Shown one piece after another: positions 39,361 through 51,243 of a DNA stretch of 64,000 bases (its first letter is position 1; each line of letters begins with the position of its first letter). This DNA comes from Takakia lepidozioides (Eukaryota; Plantae; Bryophyta). The position numbers were made by a program, and so were the translations under genes. The stretch lies in the NCBI GenBank assembly GCA_030704615.1, contig CM060732.1, forward strand, positions 40,858,001 through 40,922,000, read 5' to 3'. Under the pieces are notes generated by a model. That model was given only the letters and a program-made list of their open reading frames with translations, had not been told where the DNA came from and ran no database searches.

Positions 39361-42300
39361 AGCGCAGAGTATGCCTACCGAGACGGTACAGGCAGCGAGT
39401 GGGGGCGAACAGGTGAGGACCACGAGGTGCAGGCCGCATCCATGGCACACGTGGGAGGTGCTCGAGGTTCAGAAGGAGTTGGCAGCCAAGGCGGCGGTGA
39501 TGGATCAGGTTGGGGATTTTTCTCGGGTTGAGAAGGTCCTTAAGGATGGGATGATGGGGCAGGATGAGACATTGTCACTGACAGAGCAAGTAGTGCTCAC
39601 TGCTCAAGAGGTTGCAGCATAGCAACCACGGGACGAGTCTTCTACCTCTAAGCTTGCTGGACTCAAGGTTGCAGTCACGGAGGACAACTGGGAGCCTGAT
39701 GTTGGACCCATAGTCACCGGAGGAGAGAGACGACGTATACGGCGGTTCTTGAGGGCTTACAGGAACTGCTTTGCCTTCAGTTTGAAGGACTTGGGAGCAC
39801 TGACGGGTCAAGAGATTCGCATTGAATTGGCCACTGACACGCCAATCTTTTGGAGACCCTATAGATACAGTGACATGGAGAGGTCCTTGATTCAGATGAG
39901 GACTCAGGACCTCTGGGAGGCTGGTTTGGTGGAGCTATTTGGTGGAGAGTATGCTTGCCATAGTGATGCCAGCCAAGAATGATGTCTATGGCAATTAGAC
40001 GGAGAGACGTATGTGCGGTGATTACCGGCCTGTAAATCGTCAGACCAAGTCCGATAGGTATGCCATGCCAACACCAGAGGAGATCTTTTGATGCCATTGG
40101 GCATGCCAAGGTCGTTAGCACTTTGGATTTACGATCCAGATATCACCAGTTGCCGATCAAGGAGGCAGATAAGCAGAAGATGACATTCTGGGGGATCAAT
40201 GAGCACGAGAATGATTGCATATACCAGTGGCGGTTCTTACCATTTGGGCTTAAGAACGCTCCTGCAGAGTTTCAGAGAGTCATGGACACGATTCTAGCAG
40301 GGGTGGAGTTTGCTCGGTGCTACATAGATGACATCATCATCTTTAGTGCTACGGTGGAGGAGCATGAGATACACCTTCAGGTGATATTTGAGCGCTTGAG
40401 GGCGCACGGATTGAAGTTACATCCAGGGAAGTGCAAGTTTTTCCACAACCAGATTGAGTATCTGGGTCACATGATATATCCTGGAGGATTGGGGGTACAA
40501 CAGACTAAGGTAGAGGCCATTGCATAGATTCCCAGCCCCACGGATGTGAGCCGAGTTCGAGCTTTCATGGGGTTGGCAAACTATTATAGACGGTTTGTCA
40601 AGGGATTTAGTGTCATTGCAAAGGCTCTAACCAAGCTGACCAAGGTGGACTAGGAGTGGCAGTGGGAAGATGAGCAAGAACGAACTTTCCAAGAGCTCAA
40701 GGCGAGGTTGACCTTGGCGCCCATCTTGAGATGACATATCAGGAGGCGTCCTTTTCAGCTGCATACAGATTGAGCATGTTGGGGCTTGGAGCGGTGCTCA
40801 CACAGGTGGATGATGAGGGAAGAGAGTTCGTAGTGGCTTATGCCAGTCGCTCGAACAACGCTGCAGAGGCTAAGTATAGCTCATATGAGAGAGAGTGCTA
40901 TCTATACGGCAATCTCTTCACCCTTGTCACAGATCACCAGCCACTCAAGTGGTTGATGGAGTCAGACAAGCTTACGGGGAAGCTTGCACGGTGGACACTC
41001 ATACTTCAAGAGTATGACTTTCGGGTTGTGCATCGACCGGGTTTGGTCATTCGGGATGCAGATGGGTTGAGTCGCAATCCATGCACGAGCCAGCAGGATG
41101 ACACTGGAGCTCGGTGGCATGGTGAGACGGACGAGGAGATGGTGCCCGGATGACATGCATCTGCATTTCTGTGTATCTTGGCATCGGAAGGCCAGGTTGG
41201 ACCTACAACCGGGATGACTGTAGACTGAGTGTCTGAGGACCCTGAGGCCAGCAATGAGCAAGGTGGCGCCAAAGATATACATGAGGATTCAGCTGTGTTG
41301 GACTATCTCTGCACTGGGGGCACGACAGCCACTGTGACTGCCAATGAGAGGGATCGGATCCTACAACGAGCCAAGAGGTTCAAGTGGGAGGGGACACACC
41401 TGCTTTGAGTGTGGGAGGATGGTCGAGTGAGGATTGTGCCTCACCCAACCTAGCGGGCACGGTTAGTGCGGCATGCCCATGAGGAGTTGGGGCATTTTGG
41501 GGTGCGACGCACTCATAGTCTACTGCAGGGGCAGTATTGGTGGCGTGGTATGCACACAGAGGTGCAACAATTTGTGGCTAGGTGCATGGTGTGTGACAGG
41601 GTGCATGCTTCATTCAACGCCCCTACACCACAATTGCACCCTCTTCCGATCATGGGATTGGGCTACAGGTGGAGTCTTGACTTCGCAGGGTCGTTGCCAT
41701 TGACCATGCGCCACAACAAGTACGTGTTGGTGATGGTGGAGCACTTTTCCAAGTGGATCGAGTTGGTTCCATTGCCTGATAAGGCTAGTGAGGGAGCTGC
41801 GTATGCATTCTTGGATTGTGTACTTAGCCGATTCGGTGCTCCAGCTGAGGTACTCACGGACCAAGGGAGAGAGTTCTTGGGGGAGTTTCAGGCGTTGTGT
41901 GACAAGGCCTTGGTAGACCACTGCACCACTTCTCGGGATCATCCTGAGGCCGATGGCTTGCCAGAGAGGGTTGTTCAGATAGTGAAGAGGGGTTTGCGCA
42001 ACTATGGCTTGCAGAATGGACACCTAGGAGATTGGGACCTTTAGTTACCTTGGTTAGCCATGGGCTACAAGTTCAGCAAGCAAGCATCACTTGCTTCCTT
42101 CTCACCATATTTTCTTCTCTTTGGCCAAGAGCCAGATTTGCCTACATCCATTCGTAGAGAAGCTGCTACAGTTCTCAACCTTGACGATCCGGACATGTGG
42201 GCACGTGCATGTGATCAACGTGCAGAGTTGTTCAAGAAAGTCATGCCCATGGCTTTCGAGAACCTTGCCATTGCACAACATCGTGATACGTTGAGGTATG

Positions 42301-42575
42301 CTACCATACGTGGTGGGGGCTATCGTCCTGGGGTTCGGAGATTTAACCCTGGTGACTATGTTTATCTGTAGCAGATTGCTCCTACGACCTTGGATGTGAC
42401 TGCAGGACGTACTATTTTGAGGGTTCGAGAGGTGTTGCCCTCATGAGTCCTGATCTTGGAGGGTCGGGATGGCATGATTTGGAAGGACCATGTGCGTAAT
42501 TGCGCGCCATGTCACCTTCCAAATGTTGATGGAAGGGTTGATCCAAACCTGGCAGTGATACCTGCAAGTTTGAGG

Positions 42576-42719
42576 TGCATGTTGTGTGGGTCTGCTAGAG
42601 AGGCAGCCACCATGCTGGTGTGTGATTAATGCTCTAGAGGTTGGCATATGGGATGCTTGACTCCACCTCTTGAGATGGTTCCTGATGGGGATTGGTTATG
42701 TTCGCATTGCATTGGATAG
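42576..42719 (+). pseudogene. PHD finger at the end of Gypsy integrase
   Basis: CMLC...MLVCD*CSRGWHMGCLTPPL..VPDGDWLCSHC is a complete C4HC3 pattern with one premature stop. Confidence 0.9.
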
Positions 42720-43356
42720 TGGGAGTGGATACAACCATGGAAGGCTAACAAGAAATGCAAGGCCAAGCTACTAGGAGACCAACACACGAGATCCTGACTC
42801 AAGTTCACATATTGCAAGACGGCGACTAACGATGGGGTTGCTCTTGTACCCGGCCTCTTGGTCTAAAAAGTTTGAGTACAATAGGAATAGTGATAGAGGA
42901 CTTAGTACGGCTGTGGCTATTACATCTTGTAGCTATCTGGAGTTAGAGGGACCTAACCACCAGCTAAGGGGGCGATTGTGGCAGACTACTTTATTGTGCA
43001 TATATGTGTGGTGTGGTTTGGACAGCGATGTAGTTGTGTAGCGATACGTATGCGCACGACTGCTGTCAAGTTAAATAAACACAGTGTGAAACTAACTAGA
43101 ATAAATATAGTTATTTGTATTTAATACTTTGAATTAGTTCAAGTGTTAAGTCAGGTGTCAAGTTTAGCTTGACACCTGAACCATCTTATCTTCACGAGCT
43201 CGTCAGTCGTGCGACTCATCTCTCTCGAGTTGAGCCTGCACAGTCCCCATAGCTTGGGGTGCCCCTGGCTCGACTCTTATTTTAACGAGTGATTGTATTG
43301 TATTTTGTGTTTTTGTGTCAACAGACAGACAATGTGAGTTTAATTTTCATATCTAT

Positions 43357-43440
43357 TGTGGCACACTACTTTATTGTGCATATATGTGTGTTGTGGTTTG
43401 GACAGCGATGTAGTTGTGTAGCGATACGTATGCGCACGAC
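43357..43440 (+). repeat. 84-bp duplicate of the Gypsy LTR 5' end
   Basis: Near-identical to 42977-43060 (two substitutions seen). Confidence 0.9.
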
Positions 43441-43773
43441 AACAAATACATGAGGATCGAAGATAGGGAATAAAAGCAGCCTAAATTGAATTGTAAGGAG
43501 AGCAAGGTGATCAATAGGTACAAACATTTCTATCTGATTGGGTTCTCTCAAAAGCCTTCGGAGTATTTCTTGCTAGTGTCTCTGTGAAATATGGAAGTAC
43601 TCCGCCATCGTTGGGATGATAGATCAGGGAGAAAATCTGTCCATTCAATGGATGAAATAAACTCACAAGGATAGCTCAACTTCCATCCCACTGGTATCAG
43701 AGCCCCTGTCTTGTAGAAATGCAGAATCTGAACAAGTAGCAACAAAAATTTCAATGTCACTCCCCTGCATTCA

Positions 43774-44296
43774 CACTACACTGTGTTCATGGCCGAACGT
43801 GGGCAACCCTAAAGCAATTTTTTGAATTTTTTTAACTTTTTGCACTTTGTGTCATTCCATTGACACAAGTGCTTCGTTAAAGATAGATGGATGAGGTCAT
43901 CCAATGGATGAACCCATTTATGTATGTGCCTTAAGATGTCACTTGTAGTGATGTAGTCATATAAACAGAGCTGTGAAATCTCCTGTAGTCATCTAGTCAT
44001 AAGCTTCTATATCAATGTGTACTACTGGTGTAGTCATTTAGTCATAAGCTTATACGGCACATGTCTGACGTGTAGTATTGTGTATGACTACTAGTTATAT
44101 AACCCAAACTTATATTCATGGTCAACAATGTTTGACCGCGGCTCCTAGTCATGTAGTAAAACATATGACTGCATTAGATTAAAATATATTAAAATGCGCC
44201 CAACAATGGGTTTCATCACCTCGTAGTCACATGTATAATCATGGTTACCAAGGTTTATATCACCCGTAGTCATAAAAACGTTAATCTGTAATAGTG
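43774..44296. mobile_element. Degenerate CACTA-like non-autonomous element
   Basis: Starts CACTACA, ends TAGTG, with dense TAGTCAT repeats as in 36262-37111. Only a 2-bp flank match (CA). Confidence 0.55.
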
Positions 44297-44299
44297 CAC

Positions 44300-44720
44300 A
44301 ATCCAGCTGGAGATTCCCAAAAATTGGCTGTCTAATGGCCTCATCCCAAGACCCTGGGGGGTTTTTGATAGAGATATTCACGAAGACGCATCCATGCCCT
44401 CCAAATGGCTTGCCAAGCCAAGGAGCCCGCAGACTGCTTGGAGTTTCGAGAACCCCCCTCACCAACCAACAGAAATTGGGGACCCAAGCCGGGCTAACTT
44501 CCAGGGGCCAGCACCTGGCAAGAAGGCCCTAGGTATCCACTTACCTAGAAGAGATGTAATCTCATGATCCAGATCTAGGATACCTAGACCCCCCTCTTTT
44601 TTCTTTAAGCATAACTGGGACCAAGAGACCAAAGCACGCTTAGCAACCGAGGCATCAAAGGCCCCCCACAGAAAATTGCGAATCAAAGCTTTTATGGATT
44701 GGAGGATAGTAGGGCCTGGG
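44300..44720 (-). mobile_element. L1-like LINE fragment (post-RT region)
   Basis: IRNFLWG.....ALVSWSQLCLKKKEGGLGILDL....SLLGKW is the typical plant L1 ORF2 motif. Confidence 0.85.
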
Positions 44721-46661
44721 TCCCAGACTGAGACGGGTTTAAAAAGTAAATCATCATGGCTGGTACTATTAAACATATTCAATGCAGAACCAAGGAGCTC
44801 TGCTGGTCAACATATTAGCGGCCCGTTTAGACCTGCTCCCTGACTTACATTTTCAACTTACCGTTCCAGGACATGAGTATGGCTGAGAAGAGGGAAGGAA
44901 TGTCTGTTGATGTAAATATGAGTGGTTGATATACAGAGGAATGCGGAGGAGGCTCAGTTCCAAATTACTACCCAGCTTCAGAACTGTTTGGCACTAAGAA
45001 ATTGGGGAAGGAGAGTGAATTGGACGGGCAAGGGAGTGTGAATGCTGATCCTCTTCTTATGGATTCCTTCCTCCTAATCTAACATCATGGGAGCTTTGTA
45101 AATATCACACTGCAATGTGTCATGTTGATCTGGACCTGCCTCAAATTTGACTTAGCCAGATGGTATGTCGAGGACAAGGTCTCTGGACCCTCCTGATTAT
45201 CCTCAAGTATCTTTTGATAATAAGAAATTCGTCTCTTCAAGAGCATTAGCCTCCTATATTATTTCACAAACTCCAGAAGCTTCATAAATGATAACAGCAC
45301 ACATCATCATCAAGATTTCCATTTCAAAATGAATCTGTAGGTAGTAGGTAGTACCTAATGCTCTTGATGTTTTGGAACTAGTTACATCTGTTCTAGATGT
45401 CTTCACCAGAAAATCAATTGCAAAGTGTGTGGCAGCGCCTGGACTGTTGTCTTGATCACTTGTGCTGATAAGGCTTCAAAGCAGCCGATCGTCCAAGTTA
45501 CGGTGTGGTGAACTTTGGAGATGTAAGCGACAAGTGCTACTACATTAGATTAAATAGGAAGACGGGATAAACATAAATTAAAACTCTACATCATATTAAG
45601 AATGCAAAGTATTCTTGTGAATTTAATATTCAGTACAAGTGCGAGTTGCTCCTTTATCAAATATTACCACGACACCAGGGTCGGCAGTTACCTTATCCAA
45701 ATAAGAGACAGGCCTTCAGGAACAGGTCGAAATCCAAAAAGTGAGAAACTGTTTATAACATTCAGCGAGTGTGAGCTGAATTCCTTTACCAAATCAGAAA
45801 GGTGCAGCTACCAAACCAAGGCTAGTAGCTGCAACCTGCAAACTCTTACATTTGAGATACAAAATATCAGCTCACTATCAGCAACCAAGTTGTTTGCTTC
45901 AAATGAGCCTAGTGCATCACAACCTTTTTAGTGTCAATGAGCCACTGACGGTCCACCAGTTGTGCATCTGCATTATTGCGGGAAGAACATAAAACCCAAG
46001 CTGATTAAGCTGTAGTCTAAGTGCAATCCCAGAGCTCTCCCAGAGCAGTGACCCCCCACGTCGTAGTCTGAGGGAATTCTTCTCTTACACTCAGAGATCC
46101 GTTGATGACCTGCATTACAACAACAGGAGCCACGAGAGCGAGTCAGAAAGCGGTGACTAACTCGATGAGGAAAGCCTCAGTCTCTCGGTATTAATGCACT
46201 TGTCTTTACACATTCCTCATGTTGCTCTACATCGCAATAGGGGCCAATGTTAAATAGAGCTCGGGATGATTACTCACATGGAGTAAATCTCATTGCTAAC
46301 AAACCTTCTGCAGCGTCGGTGCTCATCGGGCTACCTATACTATTACTCACCTCATGACAGGCCAAGCATATTAGAAATCTGAATCTCACTTGAGCAGGTG
46401 CCAAGTTTTTCCTTTTTATCCCAAGTACATATTTCTTGAAAAATCCAAAATAAATCTGACCAATGCAGCCTTAAAGGTACCTAGGAGCTCGACACAACTT
46501 TGCGGTTCACATTCTTCTTATGGGCTTATGGGATCGAGCTTAAAACAGACATGAGCGCAGCAAAATATACATGTTTGGCAACTGGTTAAAGACGACAAAT
46601 CTGAAGCTTTGCCCGGGACGTTTTGGTCAGACCAGCTGGGGAAGGAAGAGCTTGCCTTCAA

Positions 46662-46901
46662 TTAAGGGTTCACAATGCCGTCGGTCGCGTAGGTGAGCCC
46701 ATCATCAAATTGGCACCCACATGTTCCAGATGCGTCGCAGACACAACGCAGCGGGGAGTTGCAGCAGGTAAAAGATCCACATGCGATCGAGTTGCTGGCG
46801 CACTGAGCTTCAACGTGGCCAGGGCCGTGAGCAGCCAGCAAAACGCTGGCCAGCAGCAGCACTGTGACAAACTGAGCGACAGTGTTGCTTGATTTGGCCA
46901 T
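46662..46901 (-). CDS. Small secreted cysteine-rich peptide (79 aa)
   Basis: MAKSS..FVTVLLLASVLLAAH..VEA signal peptide. Mature region C-x6-C-x4-CC-x5-C-x-C-x5-C-x-C. TATA box about 100 bp upstream and a GA-rich leader. Confidence 0.8.
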   Translation of the reverse strand: MAKSSNTVAQFVTVLLLASVLLAAHGPGHVEAQCASNSIACGSFTCCNSPLRCVCDASGTCGCQFDDGLTYATDGIVNP

Positions 46902-47004
46902 GCCCGCTTGCTCGCGCTCTCTTCTCCGATAGACTTGCCTTGTCCGATAACTTACTCTTCTCTCTCTCACGGGGCAGCTGTGGGAGGATCGCAGCGACCG
47001 TCGC

Positions 47005-47012
47005 TATTTATA
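47005..47012 (-). promoter_or_regulatory. TATA box (TATAAATA) of the Cys-rich peptide gene
   Basis: Canonical TATAAATA on the minus strand about 100 bp upstream of the ATG at 46901. Confidence 0.7.
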
Positions 47013-48559
47013 CCCCACCCTTGGCTTGCTTGCCTATAAGTGAGAGCTTCATTCATCCAAGTTATTCATCCTAAGAGAATGGACAAATTTGGACCTCCAG
47101 AAAAAATATATATAACATATCCACAAAGAGACAGACGAATGACATCCATGCTGATGGCTTCATCTACGTGATATCATCCACATCATTCGTCGAGAATCAG
47201 TATACATCTAATTTATTCAATCCGTCAGCCGACGTCAATATTCTATTCATTTTTCGGAATTCGGAGATAAAAAACAAATTCAAATCCAGCCTGTCGGTGT
47301 GGGGTTCAATCCCCTGCTCGCCGTACCCGTACCCGATTCCTTCAAGAAAACTGCATTTGAGAGCTCTAGCCCTGACAAACAAGGACAGCCCTTCATTATG
47401 ACGGGTGGGTCCACCCAGAATTCTCCACCCGTTCTGTCGGTATGTCGGAGGGATACTGTAAGAATATTCTGGGATAATAATGGTGGACGCCGCCCTCGAG
47501 CCTATTCGGTTTCCAGCTAATTACTGTAGATAATTCTGTTATTGTATGTGGTGAATCACAAGTCGCCACCTGTGCTCTGGAGATACGACAGTGTTAGGGC
47601 TGCAAAGTTATGACGTCCACATCACGTCAGTATGACGTGTCAAAAGTTGTGTTCTCACATCTCAATTCAGAGACGTGCAGCTCGTTTTCCGTTGCTAAAT
47701 GGAATGATGAAAACAAGTACGGTGGCTGCATGCTTGTAATTAGTGTATGACTTGTCCTATGTTAACCTTAAAGGACAACGCGACCCGAATCGGGTCGCGT
47801 CAGTTTTTTCCCACGCTCCAGTTTGATAGTGGATGATAGTGGATGGAAGTGAACCCTGAAGATAAATTGTGGATGTCAGAGAGGAGCACATGTGGGAATG
47901 TACAGCGCCAAAAAAATCATAAAGGCTCTGTTCCCTACAATTTTTCAAAGTGCCAAGGGGTCAGAAAATCCAGTGTTAGAGCACCATTGACCTGCCTACG
48001 TGGCAGCCAAATGGGCAATCTTCAAAGTAACATCTAGGGCTGAAAATTTATCATAATCCCAAAATTTTTGGACAGGGCACTATGAAATTGTGAAAGAAGC
48101 CAAAACAAGACAATTGGACCCCCCAAATTTCACATACAAAGTAGCCTATCTGAATTTTCGGAATTTCTATCAGATTTTTGTGGGAGGCAGTGGTTTCGGT
48201 GCCATATAATCAGATTATGGAGGGCCTTTGTCTAGGAAGATTCAACTCGATACTGTAATTTTATGGTCAAACCATTTTTTGCATGCAATTTTTGAATACA
48301 TTTACAAATTGGGGTATATTATTTTGTTATAATATCCCAAATGCAATGGTCAATTTGCGTACATTTTTTACAGGACGTGTACATAGTAGATATGCACATA
48401 AGGTTCATCCCCTTGGATGATTGGGGCTAGGATGATTGGGGCTAAGAAGTTACACCCCCATCCATAAGTGTATATACACTTTTTTTAGTGGGCCCACCAA
48501 AAGTTAGCTCGTCCTTTAAGGGTTAACAACTGGTTTTAGTTAGGATAGCCTCTAACTGC

Positions 48560-48728
48560 CGCTCTATCACTAAAATCACTACTACTGTTGAAAGAAAACC
48601 AAGAGAGCTAGGAACCCTTCGAGTGCCTGTGAGGAGGTGAGGGCGCTCTATCACTAAAATCATTACTACTGTTGAAAGAAGACCAAGAGAGCTAGGAACC
48701 CTTCGAGTGCATGCGAGGAGGTGAGGGC
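48560..48728. repeat. 84-bp tandem duplication
   Basis: GCTCTATCACTAAAATCA...GAGGAGGTGAGGGC occurs twice in tandem, directly before the DYW fragment. Confidence 0.85.
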
Positions 48729-48729
48729 A

Positions 48730-49045
48730 CTCTGTAAGGAAGGATGGAGATTGTTTCGGCAGATGAAGGCATTGGGGTATGTATCCGACACTCGCTTTGC
48801 ATTGCATAATGTGGAGAGGAGCATAAAGAAACTTTTGTTGGCCACCAGAGTGAGAAGCTGGCCATTGTTTTTGGGCTCATCAGCACATCCGCTGGGACGC
48901 CTATTCACATCCACAAGAACCTTCAGGTGTGAGGTGATTGCCCTGATGGCCGCCAAGTTCATCCCAAAGATTGTTGAGCAAGAAGTTATTGTTCGGGATG
49001 CTTACAACTTTGAAAATGGGATCTTTTGTTGTGGGGAGTAGGTAA
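48730..49045 (+). pseudogene. PPR DYW-domain fragment
   Basis: MKALGYVSDTRFALH.VE... SEKLAIVFGLIST.AGTPIHIHKNL.V..DC..AKFI.KIV..EVIVRDA..FENG..CCGE*. Frameshifted; no PPR repeats recognised upstream. Confidence 0.85.
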
Positions 49046-51243
49046 AATGGTGTGAGCTGCTAATGTTGACGGTTGCATTACACAATTGAAGCAGTTATCA
49101 AACATCGGCAGTGAAGTTATGGAAAACGTTGTTGCAGATTTGTCAACAGGCTACAAAGAACAGCAGGCATAACTTATGGAAGTCTTGAATTTCTAGGGAC
49201 AAGAGTTCTGCTCCAAAAAAAGACTTAACAAAGTGATTCCTTTTGTGTTTTTGTGTGGTTCATATCCACTAGAGTTTACCTACTCGCGCAGCTCACCTAC
49301 GGGTATAAACTTAATTTATCACAGCTGCCATTGAGAGAGAGGGAAAAAAAAAATGTACTCATAAGACTTTGTTTGCCGTACCGTTGTTGCCACAGACCTC
49401 TTTGTGAGGGGCTTACTCCAGGAGTGACTTACCTTAATATAAACAATTAGTTCGGGCTTTCACAGATTTTATCTAGAAAGCCCTTCAGACAAACATCAAT
49501 ATGTTGTGTGTGAACCGCCCAGCAAGTAGACCCCAACAAGGCCAGGGTTTTAGGCTCAACCTCGAGGGTTTGAAAGTTGGTGAGCACAGTGCAAATACTA
49601 TGTTCTTGATGGTCCTGAAGAGGGTCACGGATGAGAATATCCCAGACATTGTATCAAAAAATTATGGACGTTGTCTTCAGGGCACCCACCTTTTGGGAAT
49701 TGACAATCTCCATTTCCTCTCTGCATCTGTTTGTTGTCCACAGGTAGACTCCCAGCCCTGAGATTTAATTTCATTCTAGTGCTAAGGGTAGGTAGGCCCT
49801 TCAGAGCATCCTTAGACCCCGTGTCACAAACTGGAAACAAGTTCAGTAGAGTTTTATGCCTAATTACTTTGTTTTGTTGGGACATTAATTTTTCACGCTT
49901 CTGACATGGCCAAGTAGACACTTCAGCCTCCAACTTCATCCAGCAGGGTCAGTTCTTCCTGCCTAATATTCAGGTACTTGAAAATCTTCTCTACCTTTTC
50001 CGCCAAGACTTAGTCAATTTAAGAGGATGGTCTTGCTTCCAAGAAATAGAGTCAATCATCTTAGGGTATCTGGTTAGGCATGCAATTCATCTGACCTTGA
50101 ACTTGTCAAATCAAGAGCTCAAGGGTGCTATGCCCTGAACATCAGCTGTTCTAGGTACTCCAAGGTGGGCCTAATATCGTTGCAAAGCAAGATCCTTCTT
50201 CAGAATTGAGTGAGATCCAAAGCTTTGCGTTTAGTTGTTTGAAGTTTGAACCACATTTTGTGTATGTGCATTCGAGTTACAACTGATGACAGACCAAGAT
50301 GAAATAAACATTGCTTTTGTGAGGGGCTCACTCTAGTAGTGGGACTTACCTTGGTATGAACAATTGGTTCGGGTTTCAGTCTGTGGATCCCTATTTGTGG
50401 TGATGTAATGAGGTGCACATTTATTTGACAACAAGTTTTGGTGTGTCTGATTGAAGCTTCTAGTCGGGGGGTGCTATTCCGTGAGCCCGGAGGCGTGAGC
50501 CTGTGAGCCCAGGAAAGCGTGAGCCCAGCACAGGCTCACGCCACGTCAGCATGCAAACAGTGCCTATTTCCGCGGATGTCATCTATTTCCGAGTGGTGTC
50601 ACCTATTTCCGCGGGTTGATGTGGGTAGAATTGAGAATGCCTGAACAGTTTTTGATGAGGTGGACTTCACCGTGATGGATTCACCAACCATTCTTCTAGC
50701 AGGAATAGTTTGGGGACCAACTAGCAAATGATACGAGAATGCTCTACACGAACCAAAGTGGTTTGTTTGTTTTCGCAATGTACTCAAGTCTGTGAGGTCC
50801 ACAAAACACCAAATAGATTGAAGGAACAATCCAGGCAGTCCATGCAACCCCCATCTCCAACAATAGTTTGTAACCATGAATGTGAATTCCACGCACACAT
50901 TGCAAACAGGACAACAAGGACACATAACCATCCCATTTCAAATTTGGCCCAGAATTAAACCAAAAGAAAACTTCATATCAAGTGTCGCAGTCATCACAAT
51001 CAGTGTCCACCTCCTGTGCTATGTCATCTACAAAGATTCTGGCCCCAACACCACGTGTTCTACGAAGGCCGTCGTAAGGTGGACTCGGAGTGCCATGAAC
51101 GGACATGCTTGCTGCAAGTCCTCCGCATAGACAGGTAGCACGCAAGACCGAGGAGGACTGCAAACAAGTCCAAATAGGTGTGATAGCCCTGGAGGGCAAG
51201 TGGAAGCACGCGGACTCCTGCACATGTCCACAAAACCCCATTT

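Larger units (their letters stand above)
35222..43323 (+). mobile_element. Decayed Ty3/Gypsy retrotransposon: gag, protease, partial DNMT, RT, RNase H, integrase, PHD
   Basis: Gag with two Zn knuckles; protease LLDSGAQ; RT (PFGLKNAPAEFQR, YIDD at 40321); RNase H (VVAYASR, TDHQPL); integrase (H..LGHFG..C..C, WSLDF, TDQG). PPT AAGGGGGCGA, then the LTR from TG at 42977 (end approximate). No matching 5' LTR seen. Confidence 0.93.

Noticed and set aside
49250-50420. Short ORFs between the DYW fragment and element B
   Set aside because: No recognisable domain; probably decayed TE sequence.
50599-51231. Additional small gene at the left end of element B
   Set aside because: Short overlapping ORFs with no recognisable motif or consistent splice model.
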